This document shows, piece by piece, positions 27,902 through 38,063 of a stretch of DNA of 64,000 bases. The notes under the pieces are model-generated. The model was not told the DNA's origin. It saw only the letters and a program-made list of their open reading frames with translations, and did no database searches. The position numbers were made by a program, and so were the translations under genes. Source of the stretch: Methylocystis sp. (GTDB lineage Bacteria > Pseudomonadota > Alphaproteobacteria > Rhizobiales > Beijerinckiaceae); contig JALHNQ010000010.1 in assembly GCA_022843405.1 (NCBI GenBank), positions 8,957-72,956 on the forward strand, given 5' to 3'. How positions within the stretch are numbered: position 1 is the stretch's first letter; every line of letters starts with the position of its first letter.

Positions 27902-29031
27902 GAGCGCCCTCTCTTCTTGTCCGCTTGGTACAGCTCTTTGGTGCAATCGAATATGACAACGTCTTCGTCCGGGCGACTCCTGGAAACCCATTTGGGGTTG
28001 GTCAATGTCGCAACGGCGTCGGCGGCGCCGGCCTTCCAATGATCGTCCATCGAGAGTCTTGAAAAGTCATAGTCTTTGGCGCCGGTCTCGTAGGCTGCGC
28101 GACGATGAATGAGCTGCACGATCGTGACGCCCGCAAGATCGCCGAAGTCGCTCAGCGCCAGCCAGTCAGGATCCTGAAGGAGCTCTGGTCGAATTTTTTT
28201 CGAAAGCCGGTTCACTGTCACGCGAAGATCATGCGCGCGTTTGAGGAGATCGGTATTGAACCGGGTCCGGCTCGAATAGCGAATTTCCTTTTCCCGGTGA
28301 AGGACATCGAAGAGCGTCTCAGGCGCCGGCCCGCGCGCGCTGAATAAATCGACCTGAAACAGGCATAAATTGGTTTTGGGATCACAATTGTCCAATATGT
28401 ACTGAAGCGGCGTATTGGAGACGAGGCCGCCATCCCAATAAAGCTCGCCCTTGATCTCGACTGGCGGAAAGCCAGGGGGAAGCGCGCCGCTGGCAAGGAT
28501 GTGATCCAGGCTGATCTTCTCGGTCATATTGTCGAAATATTGAAAGTTGCCGGTCCGCACATTGACCGCGCCGACGCTAAGACGATTCCGCTTGGCGTTA
28601 ATGAGATCAAAATCGACAAGTTCCGAAAGCGTATCCCGCAAGGGCTGCGTATCGTACAAGCTGAGCGACGTCGGCGGATACGGCCAGAGCGGCGCCTCCG
28701 GCGGCAGCCGGGGAGCAAAAAACCCTGGCGCGCCAAATAGGGCGGCCGTACTGGCGCCCACGTCGGCGGATACGGCGCTCATGATCTCAGGCGCGCCGAA
28801 GTACATGGATGCGCCGCTCGTAATCCTCTCCCAGAATTCGCGCAGTCGAGCAACGCGTCTGTCCGGCGGGTTGCCGCATATGATCGCGGCATTGATCGCG
28901 CCGATCGAAATTCCCGCATACCAGTAAGGAGAATATCCTCCGGCGTTCAACTCTTCGAACGCTCCCGCCTGATAGGCGCCAAGGGCGCCGCCGCCTTGCA
29001 GCACGAGACCGATAATTTCCGTTCCCGCCAT
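27898..29031 (-). CDS. Patatin-like phospholipase/esterase with a DUF3734-type C-terminus (candidate PHB depolymerase)
   Basis: [13 protein letters not shown] (nucleophile Ser), [10 protein letters not shown] and YWDGG. Confidence 0.88.
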   Translation of the reverse strand: MAGTEIIGLVLQGGGALGAYQAGAFEELNAGGYSPYWYAGISIGAINAAIICGNPPDRRVARLREFWERITSGASMYFGAPEIMSAVSADVGASTAALFGAPGFFAPRLPPEAPLWPYPPTSLSLYDTQPLRDTLSELVDFDLINAKRNRLSVGAVNVRTGNFQYFDNMTEKISLDHILASGALPPGFPPVEIKGELYWDGGLVSNTPLQYILDNCDPKTNLCLFQVDLFSARGPAPETLFDVLHREKEIRYSSRTRFNTDLLKRAHDLRVTVNRLSKKIRPELLQDPDWLALSDFGDLAGVTIVQLIHRRAAYETGAKDYDFSRLSMDDHWKAGAADAVATLTNPKWVSRSRPDEDVVIFDCTKELYQADKKRGRS

Positions 29032-29214
29032 CCTTGCCGATCCCTCAGTCAAGACGCCACTGCTGCCGTCATTGACGGTCGGCTCTAGGCGCGATTTTCA
29101 AGCAACTGGCGGCGCCGCTTTCACATTGGCGTTCCGTGCGGCTCGCGTAACGCTCAATACGCTCACGATGTTCCACGACTTGGATTTGGAAGCGACAGTC
29201 TGCTGCATGCGGCG

Positions 29215-30057
29215 CTATTGTCCGCCATCGAGCTTCGTCGCCAACAACGCGATTGTCTTCGCGTAGACGCGCGCCTTGTTCCACTCGAGGAAGACCGCGA
29301 AATTCGGCTCTCCTTCAGCCCAGCCCTCTCCTGTGCGCCAGCCTTTGCCCTTAAGGAAATTCGCCGTCGAGGCGAGCGCGTCCGCCGTTGATCTAATGAG
29401 ATCGCGCCTGCCGTCGCCGTCGAAATCGACGCCATATTTGAGATAGGACGACGGCATGAACTGCGTTTGACCGATTTCGCCGGCCCAGTCGCCGCGCATC
29501 TGGGCGGGCGACATGTCGCCGCGCTCGACGATTTTCAGCGCCTCGTTCAATTCCTCCCTGAACTGCGCGGAGCGCCGGCAGTCATAGGCGAGAGTCGCGA
29601 CCGCCTGCATTGTCTTAAAGCGCCCATTGTCGGCGCCATAGCCGGTTTCCAACCCCCAGATCGCCACCAGCACCGGGCCCGGCACGCCATAGCGCGCTTC
29701 GATCTGCCGCAACAGCGCGGCGTGGCGCTGCATCAGCGCCCGGCCCTTGCTTAAACGGCTGGGCGTCACCAGACGGCTCGAGAATTTCTCGAAGCTCAGA
29801 TGAAAAATCCGCTGCCCCCGATCGCGGCCGATCACCGCATGATCATAGGATATGTCCGCCAGAGCGGCGTCGAGCGTGCGCTGGGAAAGGCCATTTGCGC
29901 GAGCCTCCCGCTTAATGTCCTCAAGCCATTGGCTGAAGCCTGACGCCGACGATCCGCAGGACTCGGCGCGCGCGGGTCCGGCGCAGCCAAACACGGCCAG
30001 AACGCCGATGGCGAGCCATGCGCCGAGCACGCCGGCGCGTCGTATAAGCGTAATCAT
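29215..30057 (-). CDS. Lytic murein transglycosylase (MltB/SLT_2 family)
   Basis: Signal peptide, LVAIWGLETGYG, GEIGQTQFMPS and DFDGDGRRDL. Confidence 0.92.
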   Translation of the reverse strand: MITLIRRAGVLGAWLAIGVLAVFGCAGPARAESCGSSASGFSQWLEDIKREARANGLSQRTLDAALADISYDHAVIGRDRGQRIFHLSFEKFSSRLVTPSRLSKGRALMQRHAALLRQIEARYGVPGPVLVAIWGLETGYGADNGRFKTMQAVATLAYDCRRSAQFREELNEALKIVERGDMSPAQMRGDWAGEIGQTQFMPSSYLKYGVDFDGDGRRDLIRSTADALASTANFLKGKGWRTGEGWAEGEPNFAVFLEWNKARVYAKTIALLATKLDGGQ

Positions 30058-30167
30058 CGCCGGGCACTGTAATCAGGCCGAGAACGCGCTGCAATAAAGT
30101 TGATCGTCAGCGCGTCGCCGCCGCATGGCGAACGGCCTTTCACGCCCGTCACCGACAAGGCGCCGGA

Positions 30168-30395
30168 TCAGCGGCCCTTCTCCATGAACTGGCGCTTGCA
30201 TGCCTTCGAAAGTTGGCCCACATGCGCCCGCAAGCATTTTTCGACCGCGATCGCATTGGGCTCTTCCGCCGCGCAGAATTTGTGGGAATCGCGCTCACAG
30301 GCCGAGCGCTGCCTGTCCATGGCGGCGCGCGCGGCCGCTGCATCGAGCGCGGCGAAGCCAATGAAGGCCGCGAGAATAAAAATCAGCTTTCTCAT
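30168..30395 (-). CDS. Small secreted cysteine-rich protein (75 aa)
   Basis: Signal peptide MRKLIFILAAFIGFAALDAAAA, then C-x6-FC-x12-CL-x10-C pattern (CERDSHKFC...KCLRAHVGQLSKAC). Confidence 0.75.
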   Translation of the reverse strand: MRKLIFILAAFIGFAALDAAAARAAMDRQRSACERDSHKFCAAEEPNAIAVEKCLRAHVGQLSKACKRQFMEKGR

Positions 30396-30557
30396 CGATC
30401 GACTCTTTGCTGTTAACGCCTGACCGCTCCCGTTCAATAGCGCGGCCAGCCCGATACCTGTCGCGAGCGCGACCGATATCAAGTGCGGGCGCCAGCGCGG
30501 GGTCTAATCGCCTCTGATCAAGGCAAAGCTCGTCGCGCTGTCGAAGCTGGCGGCCCC

Positions 30558-31604
30558 CTAGACAGTCCGATCGAGATAATGGATTTCGGAAACCTCGCGA
30601 AGACGCGCCGCCGCCGCTTCCGGCGTGATGTCGCGCTGGGGTTCGCCGAGCATTTCGAACCCCACCATGAATTTGCGCACGCTCGCCGATCGCAAGAGCG
30701 GCGGATAGAAATGCGCATGAAAATGCCAGCCGGCGTGGGGCGCGCCGTCGGTGGGACGCTGGTGAAACCCCATCGAATAGGGAAAATCGGTCTCAAACAG
30801 ATTGTCGTAGCGAATGGTCAGGCGACGAAGGATGTCGGCGAACGCGCTGGCCTCCTCGGCGGCAAGCTCGTCAAAAGCGCCGATATGCCGTGTCGGCAGC
30901 ACCATGGTTTCGAACGGCCAGATCGCCCAGAACGGAACCAGCGCAACGAAATGATCGTTGCGGCAAACGATCCGCTCGGCGCGCCTGAGTTCGAGCGCCA
31001 AATAGTCGCACAGCAGACAGGAGCCGTTCCGTTCCAGATAGGCGCTTTGCCGTATCGATTCCTTGACGGCTTCATTGGGAATGCTGTGCGTCGCCCAAAT
31101 CTGGCAATGCGGATGCGGATTGCTCGCGCCCATCGCCGCGCCGCGATTTTCGAAAATCTGAACGTAATTGATCATATCGAGGGCGCCGAGACGCATGGTT
31201 TCCTCGCGCCACGCCTCGATGACAGGATCAATCTCCGCAACGCTCATGCGCGACAAGGTCAGATCGTGGCGCTCTGAAAAGCACAGCACGCGGCATCGGC
31301 CGGGTTCGCTTAGCGCGACAAGCAGTCCGTCATGAACGACATTCTGCGCTGACGCTTGAGACGTGAGCGCGGCGAAGTCGTTGTCGAAGGCGAAAACGCC
31401 CTTATAGGGCTGATTCCGTTCGCCATTGGCCCGTTCATTGCCGGGACAAAGATAGCAGGTCGGATCGTATCGGGGTCGATCCGCGTGGCGCACTTTCTCG
31501 ACCTGTCCTTGCCAGGGCCGGCTCGTGCGATGCGGCGACACCAGAACCCACTCGCCGGTGAGCTGATTGAGCCGGCGATGCGAGGCGCTATCGAGCAGCG
31601 ACAT
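30558..31604 (-). CDS. galT: Galactose-1-phosphate uridylyltransferase
   Basis: [43 protein letters not shown] and [11 protein letters not shown]. Confidence 0.97.
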   Translation of the reverse strand: MSLLDSASHRRLNQLTGEWVLVSPHRTSRPWQGQVEKVRHADRPRYDPTCYLCPGNERANGERNQPYKGVFAFDNDFAALTSQASAQNVVHDGLLVALSEPGRCRVLCFSERHDLTLSRMSVAEIDPVIEAWREETMRLGALDMINYVQIFENRGAAMGASNPHPHCQIWATHSIPNEAVKESIRQSAYLERNGSCLLCDYLALELRRAERIVCRNDHFVALVPFWAIWPFETMVLPTRHIGAFDELAAEEASAFADILRRLTIRYDNLFETDFPYSMGFHQRPTDGAPHAGWHFHAHFYPPLLRSASVRKFMVGFEMLGEPQRDITPEAAAARLREVSEIHYLDRTV

Positions 31605-32775
31605 GCGCCGCTCCCATCAGACCGGCCGGGCCCGCGCCGGGACCGGGGACGCAGGTAAGGATCGGCGGGCTCACGCCCATCGCGGTTCGATATCTCTCCG
31701 CCATTGTCTGCGCGAATGCTTCGGTGCGCGTTCCGTCGACGAGATTGATCGTGCAGCCGCCAAAACCGCCGCCCATCATCCGCGCGCCATAGACTCCCGG
31801 AACGCCGCGCGCGATTTCGACCATCAGGTCGAGTTCGGCGCAGCTCACTTGATAGTCGTCGCGCAGGCTGTCATGCGAAAGATTCATCAGACGGCCGCAT
31901 TCCTCGAGGTCTCCCGCATCGAGCGCCGCGGCGGCGCGCAGCGTTCGATCGATCTCGCCAACGACATGGCGCGCGCGGCGAAACACAAGCTCGGACATCG
32001 AATCGGCGTAGCGCATCAATTGATCGAAGGTCACGTCACGCAACGCCGATATGCTGGCGATCCGACTCGACAGCGCCGCGACCGCGCGCTCGCAGTCCGT
32101 GCGACGCGCGTTATATTCATCGGCTGCGAGCCGGTGGCGCACCATGGTGTCGCAAAGGACAAGACGCGCTTTCGGATCGATCGAAACTTTCCGCGCGGTC
32201 AGACTGCGGCAGTCAAGCAGTAGCGCGCTCCCTGTGACGGCGCAGCAGGATATATATTGGTCCATAATGCCGCAGCGCACGCCGACGAATTGATTCTCGG
32301 CGCGCTGGCAAATCTTGGCGAGTTCGACTCTGTCGATCTTAGCGCCGGAGATCGACAGGAGGGCAAAGCCCGCCGAGACTTCGAACGCCGCTGAGGCCGA
32401 GAGTCCGGCGCCGATCGGGAGATTGCCGTTAAAGACGAGATCGGCGCCGCTCAGCCTGTAGCCGGCCTGCTCAAGAAAAATCGCGACGCCACGGATATAG
32501 TCGCTCCAGTCGCCTCGCGGCCGCGCCGCCGGATCGTCGAGATCGAATTCGACGATCTCGTCCATGATCAGCGAGCGCAGGCGCAGGCGGCGGTCGGAGC
32601 GCGGGGCGATCGCGGCCCAGATTGAAAGGTCGAGCGCCGCGGGCATGACGAAGCCGTCATTATAGTCGGTATGTTCGCCAATCAGGTTGATGCGGCCAGG
32701 CGCCCGAAACAGGCGCGGCGCGCGCTGGAAGCTCTGGCGGAAGGCGGCGATCAGATCGCGCTCGATCGATTCCAT
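31588..32775 (-). CDS. galK: Galactokinase
   Basis: [34 protein letters not shown] and [12 protein letters not shown]. Confidence 0.96.
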   Translation of the reverse strand: MESIERDLIAAFRQSFQRAPRLFRAPGRINLIGEHTDYNDGFVMPAALDLSIWAAIAPRSDRRLRLRSLIMDEIVEFDLDDPAARPRGDWSDYIRGVAIFLEQAGYRLSGADLVFNGNLPIGAGLSASAAFEVSAGFALLSISGAKIDRVELAKICQRAENQFVGVRCGIMDQYISCCAVTGSALLLDCRSLTARKVSIDPKARLVLCDTMVRHRLAADEYNARRTDCERAVAALSSRIASISALRDVTFDQLMRYADSMSELVFRRARHVVGEIDRTLRAAAALDAGDLEECGRLMNLSHDSLRDDYQVSCAELDLMVEIARGVPGVYGARMMGGGFGGCTINLVDGTRTEAFAQTMAERYRTAMGVSPPILTCVPGPGAGPAGLMGAAHVAAR

Positions 32776-32858
32776 TCCACCACAGTCCCGTTGTCATCAA
32801 ACCGTCAAAGCGACGCCGCATCGAACGCGCGACAAGGAAATCAAATGTTCGTCTGCGC

Positions 32859-34823
32859 ATGACACGTCAACGCCTGGGCGTTTGCTACTATCCCGAACAT
32901 TGGCCAAAGTCACGCTGGCGCGACGACGCGGCCATGATGAAGGAGATTGGTCTTTCCTTCGTGCGTATCGGCGAATTCGCCTGGTCGCGGCTGGAGCCCT
33001 GCGACGGCGTCTATGATTTCGCCTGGCTCGGCCAAGCGATCGATGCGCTCGATCGCGCCGGCCTCAAAATCGTGCTGGGAACGCCCACCGCGACGCCGCC
33101 GAAATGGCTTGTCGACAAGATGCCGGATATGGCCGCGCTCGACGCCAATGGGCGGCCGCGCAAATTCGGTTCGCGCCGGCATTATTGTTTCAGCCATGAA
33201 GGCTATGCTCAGGAATGCGACCGCATCGTCGAGCGTTTGGCGGAAAGTTTCGGCGCGCATCCCGCCATCGCCGCGTGGCAGACCGACAATGAATATGGCT
33301 GCCACGACACCGTGCTGAGCTATTCGCCGGCGGCGCTGCGAGCGTTTCGCCGCTGGTGCGAGACGAAATATCGCCGCATCGAAACGCTGAACCAGGCCTG
33401 GGGCAATGTGTTCTGGTCGATGGAACTTCGTAGCTTCGATGAGATCGAACTTCCGAATATGACCGTCACCGAAGCCAATCCATCGCATCTGATGGATTTC
33501 CAGCGTTTCTCGTCGGATCAGGTCATCGCCTTCAATCGACGCCAGATTCAGATCATCAGACGCCATGCGCCGAGCGCGACGATCCTTCACAACTTCATGG
33601 GCTCATTCGTCGACTTTGATCATTATGCGCTCGGCGACGATCTCGATGTCGCCGCCTGGGACAGCTACCCGCTCGGCTTTCTCGAACGCTCGTCGCATGA
33701 CGACGCCTTCAAGCTGCGCTACATGCGGGTCGGCGATCCCGACTTTCAGGCCTTTCATCACGATCTCTATCGCGCCTGCGGCCGCGGTAGATGGCAGGTG
33801 ATGGAACAGCAGCCGGGGCCGGTGAATTGGGCGCCGTGGAATCCCGCGCCCGCCGAAGGCGCGGTGCGCCTCTGGACCTTCGAGGCCTTCGCCGCGGGGG
33901 CCGAGGTCGTGAGCTATTTTCGCTGGCGCCAGGCGCCCTTCGCGCAGGAACAAATGCACGAAGCGCTGTTGCTGCCCAACGCCATGCCAAACGAGGGCTA
34001 CGACGCCGTCGCGCGCATTTCGCAGGAACTCGCCATGCTTGACGCGCGGGTCGAAACGGCGCGCGCGCCTGTCGCGCTGATCTTCGACTATGAGAGCGCC
34101 TGGGCGTGGCGCATCGAACCGCAAGGCCAGGACTTCGCCTATTTCGACCTCATCCTGTCAATTTACCGAGGTCTGCGGCGCGCCGGTCTTTCCGTCGACG
34201 TCATTGCGCCGACCGCCGCGGCCGTCGCCGCGCGCCGGCTGATCGTCGCGCCCGCGCTGTTTGCGCCATCTCTAGAATTTGCGGAGGCGCTGGCGGAAAG
34301 CGGCGCGACACTCCTGCTCGGCCCCCGCGCTGGATCGAAGACCGCCGACTTCCAGATTCCGGCCGATCTGCCGCCGGGAGCGCTGCGACGCCTCATCGAC
34401 ATTCGCGTCAGACGGGTCGAGAGCCTTCGTCCCGGCGCATCGATTAAGATATCCGGCGGGGGCGCCTTCGTGCGGTGGCGCGAATTTTTGCTGCTCGGAG
34501 AGAGCGTTCGGCGCGAACTCGCATCGGACGACGACGAGACGGCGCTCGCGCGATGCGGCAACGTCTTCTATCTCTCAGGCTGGCCCGATGAAAAACTGCT
34601 GGCGAGCGTCCTGCGTCGGGTTTTTCGCGCTGCTGAAATAGCGACGCTCGATCTCGCCGAAAATATCCGCATCCGCGACAATGGCGCGATGCGCTACATT
34701 TTCAACTATGGCGCCGAGGCGACGGATGTCTCGGCGCTCATCGGCGAAGAAACGCTGTTGCTCGGCGAGCCGATTCTGGAACCTTGCGGCGTCGCCGCCT
34801 TCAGACGCGCGACCGACCGCTGA
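32859..34823 (+). CDS. GH42 beta-galactosidase
   Basis: LGVCYYPEHW, RIGEFAWSRLEP, WQTDNEYG (acid/base Glu), VMEQQPG (nucleophile Glu) and YFRWR. Confidence 0.95.
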   Translation: MTRQRLGVCYYPEHWPKSRWRDDAAMMKEIGLSFVRIGEFAWSRLEPCDGVYDFAWLGQAIDALDRAGLKIVLGTPTATPPKWLVDKMPDMAALDANGRPRKFGSRRHYCFSHEGYAQECDRIVERLAESFGAHPAIAAWQTDNEYGCHDTVLSYSPAALRAFRRWCETKYRRIETLNQAWGNVFWSMELRSFDEIELPNMTVTEANPSHLMDFQRFSSDQVIAFNRRQIQIIRRHAPSATILHNFMGSFVDFDHYALGDDLDVAAWDSYPLGFLERSSHDDAFKLRYMRVGDPDFQAFHHDLYRACGRGRWQVMEQQPGPVNWAPWNPAPAEGAVRLWTFEAFAAGAEVVSYFRWRQAPFAQEQMHEALLLPNAMPNEGYDAVARISQELAMLDARVETARAPVALIFDYESAWAWRIEPQGQDFAYFDLILSIYRGLRRAGLSVDVIAPTAAAVAARRLIVAPALFAPSLEFAEALAESGATLLLGPRAGSKTADFQIPADLPPGALRRLIDIRVRRVESLRPGASIKISGGGAFVRWREFLLLGESVRRELASDDDETALARCGNVFYLSGWPDEKLLASVLRRVFRAAEIATLDLAENIRIRDNGAMRYIFNYGAEATDVSALIGEETLLLGEPILEPCGVAAFRRATDR

Positions 34824-34850
34824 ATTCTTCGAAGTCTCTTAATGCGCGGC

Positions 34851-35864
34851 TCAGAACACAAGAAAGGACGCGACGACGAAATAGGTCAGAAGCGAAAAAG
34901 TGTCCTGCACCACGGTGGCGACCGGGCCTGAGCCGAGCGCGGCGTCAAAGCCAAGCCGCGCAAACAGCCAGGGCATCAGAAAGCCGAAGGCCGTGGCGAT
35001 GGTGCTCGCGACCGCCAACGAAATCCCGACGGTCGCGGCAAGCCCGACGCTCGAAAAAAAGAACCAGACGACCGGAAAGGCGAGAAAGCCAAGCATCGCG
35101 CCGAGCAGCGCGCCGGTGCCGAGTTCGCCCGCAAACAGCGGCAGCAGGGCGGAATCGGTCAGGGAGAGCCCGCGAACGACCACGACTTCAGATTGCGTGC
35201 CAACCGAATCAGCAAGATAGATGATCGCCGGGATAAAGAAGGCGACCGCGATATGCGCGCTGAGCGCGGACTCAAAGCGCGACATCATCGCAGTCGCCGC
35301 GGCGCTACCCGCCATGCCGACCAGCAACCAGGGCAATCGATAGAGCGCGCGACGATGCGGCGCGGCCGTCAGGGCGTCTTTTGCGGCCTCTGACTTGCCG
35401 AGGATGCCCGCCATATGATGCAGATCCTCGAGATGCTCGTCGCGCAAGATCGTCATCAGCGCGCGCGCCGGCACGGCGCCGAGAAACCTGCCTTCCGCAT
35501 CACAGACGGCCAATATTGACAGACCTGCATGAATCGCGACGCTGGCCGCAGCTTCGCGATCCGTGTCAATGGAAACGCTATAGGCCTCGGCCGTTCGTGC
35601 GATGTCATGCAGCTGGGTCGTCTCCGGCGCGCCAAGCAGATCGCGTATGGCGACGACGCCGGTGAGACGACCATCCTCGGCAAGCGCGAAAACATGCGAG
35701 GCGTCGTCGAAGCGTCGCCCGATCAATCGCGCCCGCGTCTCGCCGGCGCTCTCCTGCCAGCCGGCGATGGGGACCGACGTTACAAGATAGCGTCCGACGG
35801 TCTGGCCGCTCATCTCCGCTGGAGGCAGGCGGTCTGGCGTCGGGATACGGGACATTGCGGTCAT
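34851..35864 (-). CDS. MgtE-family divalent cation transporter (CBS pair plus MgtE TM domain, no N-domain)
   Basis: CBS region, RLPWLLVG, FFIPAIIYLADSVGTQS and SGPVATVVQD (metal-binding Asp). Confidence 0.88.
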   Translation of the reverse strand: MTAMSRIPTPDRLPPAEMSGQTVGRYLVTSVPIAGWQESAGETRARLIGRRFDDASHVFALAEDGRLTGVVAIRDLLGAPETTQLHDIARTAEAYSVSIDTDREAAASVAIHAGLSILAVCDAEGRFLGAVPARALMTILRDEHLEDLHHMAGILGKSEAAKDALTAAPHRRALYRLPWLLVGMAGSAAATAMMSRFESALSAHIAVAFFIPAIIYLADSVGTQSEVVVVRGLSLTDSALLPLFAGELGTGALLGAMLGFLAFPVVWFFFSSVGLAATVGISLAVASTIATAFGFLMPWLFARLGFDAALGSGPVATVVQDTFSLLTYFVVASFLVF

Positions 35865-36087
35865 GGCGTCTCATGATGCTCTTGAGAGTCGAGCGGCGTC
35901 CCGGCAGATTTAGGCGTCGTGCAGCCGCCGCTCATAGGAACGCGCTATGTTACAGTTATGTGACGGCGTCCTCACGCTCTTTTCGCGATTTGCGTCGATT
36001 GCTGCATGATAGGATGTCTTGATAGAATTCTTGGCCGTCGCCGCTTCGCCCCGACGGCGCAAAGCGGATCGGACCGGAGTCGAAGCG

Positions 36088-36435
36088 ATGAAACCCTTTG
36101 GATTTGCATTGGGCGTTCTGACAGGGGCCGCTGCGGTTTTGCTGCTCACCCGTCAGGAAACGCGGCGCGTGCGTCCGGTCGCCAAAGCGGCGCTGAAGGC
36201 GGCGATGATGGCCTATCATGAAGCGCGCGTGCAAGGCGCCGAACTCGCCGAAGCCGCCGAGGATCTCTTTGCCGAAGCGAAGACCGAGGCGGCCGCCGAT
36301 ATTTTCGCCGCGGCGATGGCCGCCGCTCAGGCGAAAGCGAAGCACGAAGCAAAGTCCGACGCGGCCTCTAAATCCGAGACCGGCGCGGCGACGGCCGAAG
36401 CCTCGGCGTCGCGCGCCGCGGGCGAGAGCGCATAA
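36088..36435 (+). CDS. DUF5132-like protein
   Basis: Hydrophobic N-terminus, then RPVAKAALKAAM...AELAEAAEDLFAEAKTE and an Ala-rich tail. Confidence 0.7.
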   Translation: MKPFGFALGVLTGAAAVLLLTRQETRRVRPVAKAALKAAMMAYHEARVQGAELAEAAEDLFAEAKTEAAADIFAAAMAAAQAKAKHEAKSDAASKSETGAATAEASASRAAGESA

Positions 36436-36879
36436 ATGCCCCAAATATCTCCGCCCTTGGCGCAGGTCGCCCACGCCATGCCGGGCCGCGCGCGACTGCG
36501 AATCGCCGACCGTCGCGGCGACGACGCTTACTTCGCTTCGGTCGCCAAGGCCCTTTCGGCGATCGCCGGCGTTCGCGCCGTCGAGGTGGCGCCGATGACG
36601 GGCAGCGTTCTCATTCAGCACAGCGGTCCTTTGGCGCGCATCGGCGTCGCCGCGCAGGAGGCGCAGCTTTTTGTCGTCGGCGAAGCGCCTGTGGCGCCGC
36701 GTGAGGCGCCGCAAGTCTCCATCGATCCGAAAATCGTCGCAGCGTTGGCGCTGTTCGCTGCGGCGCTCTGGCAAATGTCAAGAGAGCGCTTCTTGCCGCC
36801 GGCGGTCACTTTGCTTTGGTACGCCAGCCGGCTCGGCGGCCTATGGTCGCTCGACGGCGATGCCGATAATAGCGAGTAG
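36436..36879 (+). CDS. HMA2-like domain protein with a C-terminal membrane segment
   Basis: AHAMPGRARLRI...GVRAVEVAPMTGSVLI, then hydrophobic IVAALALFAAALWQ. Confidence 0.75.
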   Translation: MPQISPPLAQVAHAMPGRARLRIADRRGDDAYFASVAKALSAIAGVRAVEVAPMTGSVLIQHSGPLARIGVAAQEAQLFVVGEAPVAPREAPQVSIDPKIVAALALFAAALWQMSRERFLPPAVTLLWYASRLGGLWSLDGDADNSE

Positions 36880-36881
36880 GC

Positions 36882-38063
36882 CTAGCTCTTTAGCGCCTCA
36901 GCGACGTCGATCGCTTCCCACGGGAGATTGAGATCGGCGCGGCCGAAATGTCCATAGGTCGCGAGCGGCAGATAAAAGCCCTTCGCGCCGGCTGTTTGCG
37001 GGGCCGTGCGCAAGCCAAAGCGGCGGACGATCGCAGCCGGACGGAAGTCAAGAAGCTCTGCGAGCCTTCTGGCGAGCTTGTCGTCGGCGAGACGGCCGGA
37101 GCCGAAGGTCTCGACCGAGAGACTGAGCGGTTCCGCCTGCCCCGCCGCGTAAGCCAAATGAACCTCGCAGCGCTCGGCGAGGCCCGCCGCGACGATGTTT
37201 TTGGCCGCATGCCGAGCGGCGTAAGCGCCGGCGCGTTCGATGCGCGAAGGATCCTTGCCTGAAAGCGCCGAGCCGCTCTGGCGCGCAATCTCGCCATAGG
37301 TGTCGATGCCGTTCTTGCGCCCGGTCAGGCCCGCGTGACGCGCCGGCCCGCCGATGTCGAACGGCTCCCCGGCGTTGACATGAACGCTGGTCCGAGCGTC
37401 GGGCGCCATCTCGCCGACCGATAGCGCATCGAGCGCGATCGCGCGCAATCGTTCGAACCTGTCGCCATCCAGCGCCGCGCCGTCAAAGGCGACCGTGAGC
37501 GACACGCCGTGAATGCGCGTCGGGCGACCGCCACAAAATTCGACCGACACTTGCGTCTTGGCGTCGGGCGACAGTGACGCAAATCCGTCGCGGCGCGCGG
37601 CGTCAAGCGCGCGCGCGATCCTATGCGCGAGAACGATCGGCGCCGGCATGAATTCGGGCGTATCGCGGCAGGCGTAGCCGAAAACATTGGCTTGCTCATG
37701 CGCGACGCGCCTGCCGATCGCCTCGTCATCGGCGAGGGCCGCGAGCGGCGGCTCGCGCGCGTCGAGCGGCAATTCGACGAAGCTCGTGAGAATCGAGCAA
37801 TTGCGCGCATCAAAGCTCCCGGCGGCATAGCCGGCGTCTTGCATCACCATGCGCGCGAGCGCCGGCAAATCGACGAGCGCATCGGCGGCGTAGCGCGCGG
37901 CGAGAAAGACAACGCCCGTCGCCAGGGCGCACTCCACCGTCGCGCGCGCGCGCTCGTCTTCGCGCAGCAATGCGTCAATGGCCGCGTCGCTGATCTGATC
38001 GCAGAGCTTGTCGGGATGCCCCGGCGTCACCGACTCCGACGTGAAGATCATGTCAGGAGACAT
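36882..38063 (-). CDS. metK: Divergent methionine adenosyltransferase (MetK) paralogue
   Basis: FTSESVTPGHPDKLCDQISD, DAKTQV, GLTGRK, DTYG, SGKD and ATYGHFGR. Start MSPDM at 38063 overlaps the ATPase stop. Confidence 0.85.
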   Translation of the reverse strand: MSPDMIFTSESVTPGHPDKLCDQISDAAIDALLREDERARATVECALATGVVFLAARYAADALVDLPALARMVMQDAGYAAGSFDARNCSILTSFVELPLDAREPPLAALADDEAIGRRVAHEQANVFGYACRDTPEFMPAPIVLAHRIARALDAARRDGFASLSPDAKTQVSVEFCGGRPTRIHGVSLTVAFDGAALDGDRFERLRAIALDALSVGEMAPDARTSVHVNAGEPFDIGGPARHAGLTGRKNGIDTYGEIARQSGSALSGKDPSRIERAGAYAARHAAKNIVAAGLAERCEVHLAYAAGQAEPLSLSVETFGSGRLADDKLARRLAELLDFRPAAIVRRFGLRTAPQTAGAKGFYLPLATYGHFGRADLNLPWEAIDVAEALKS

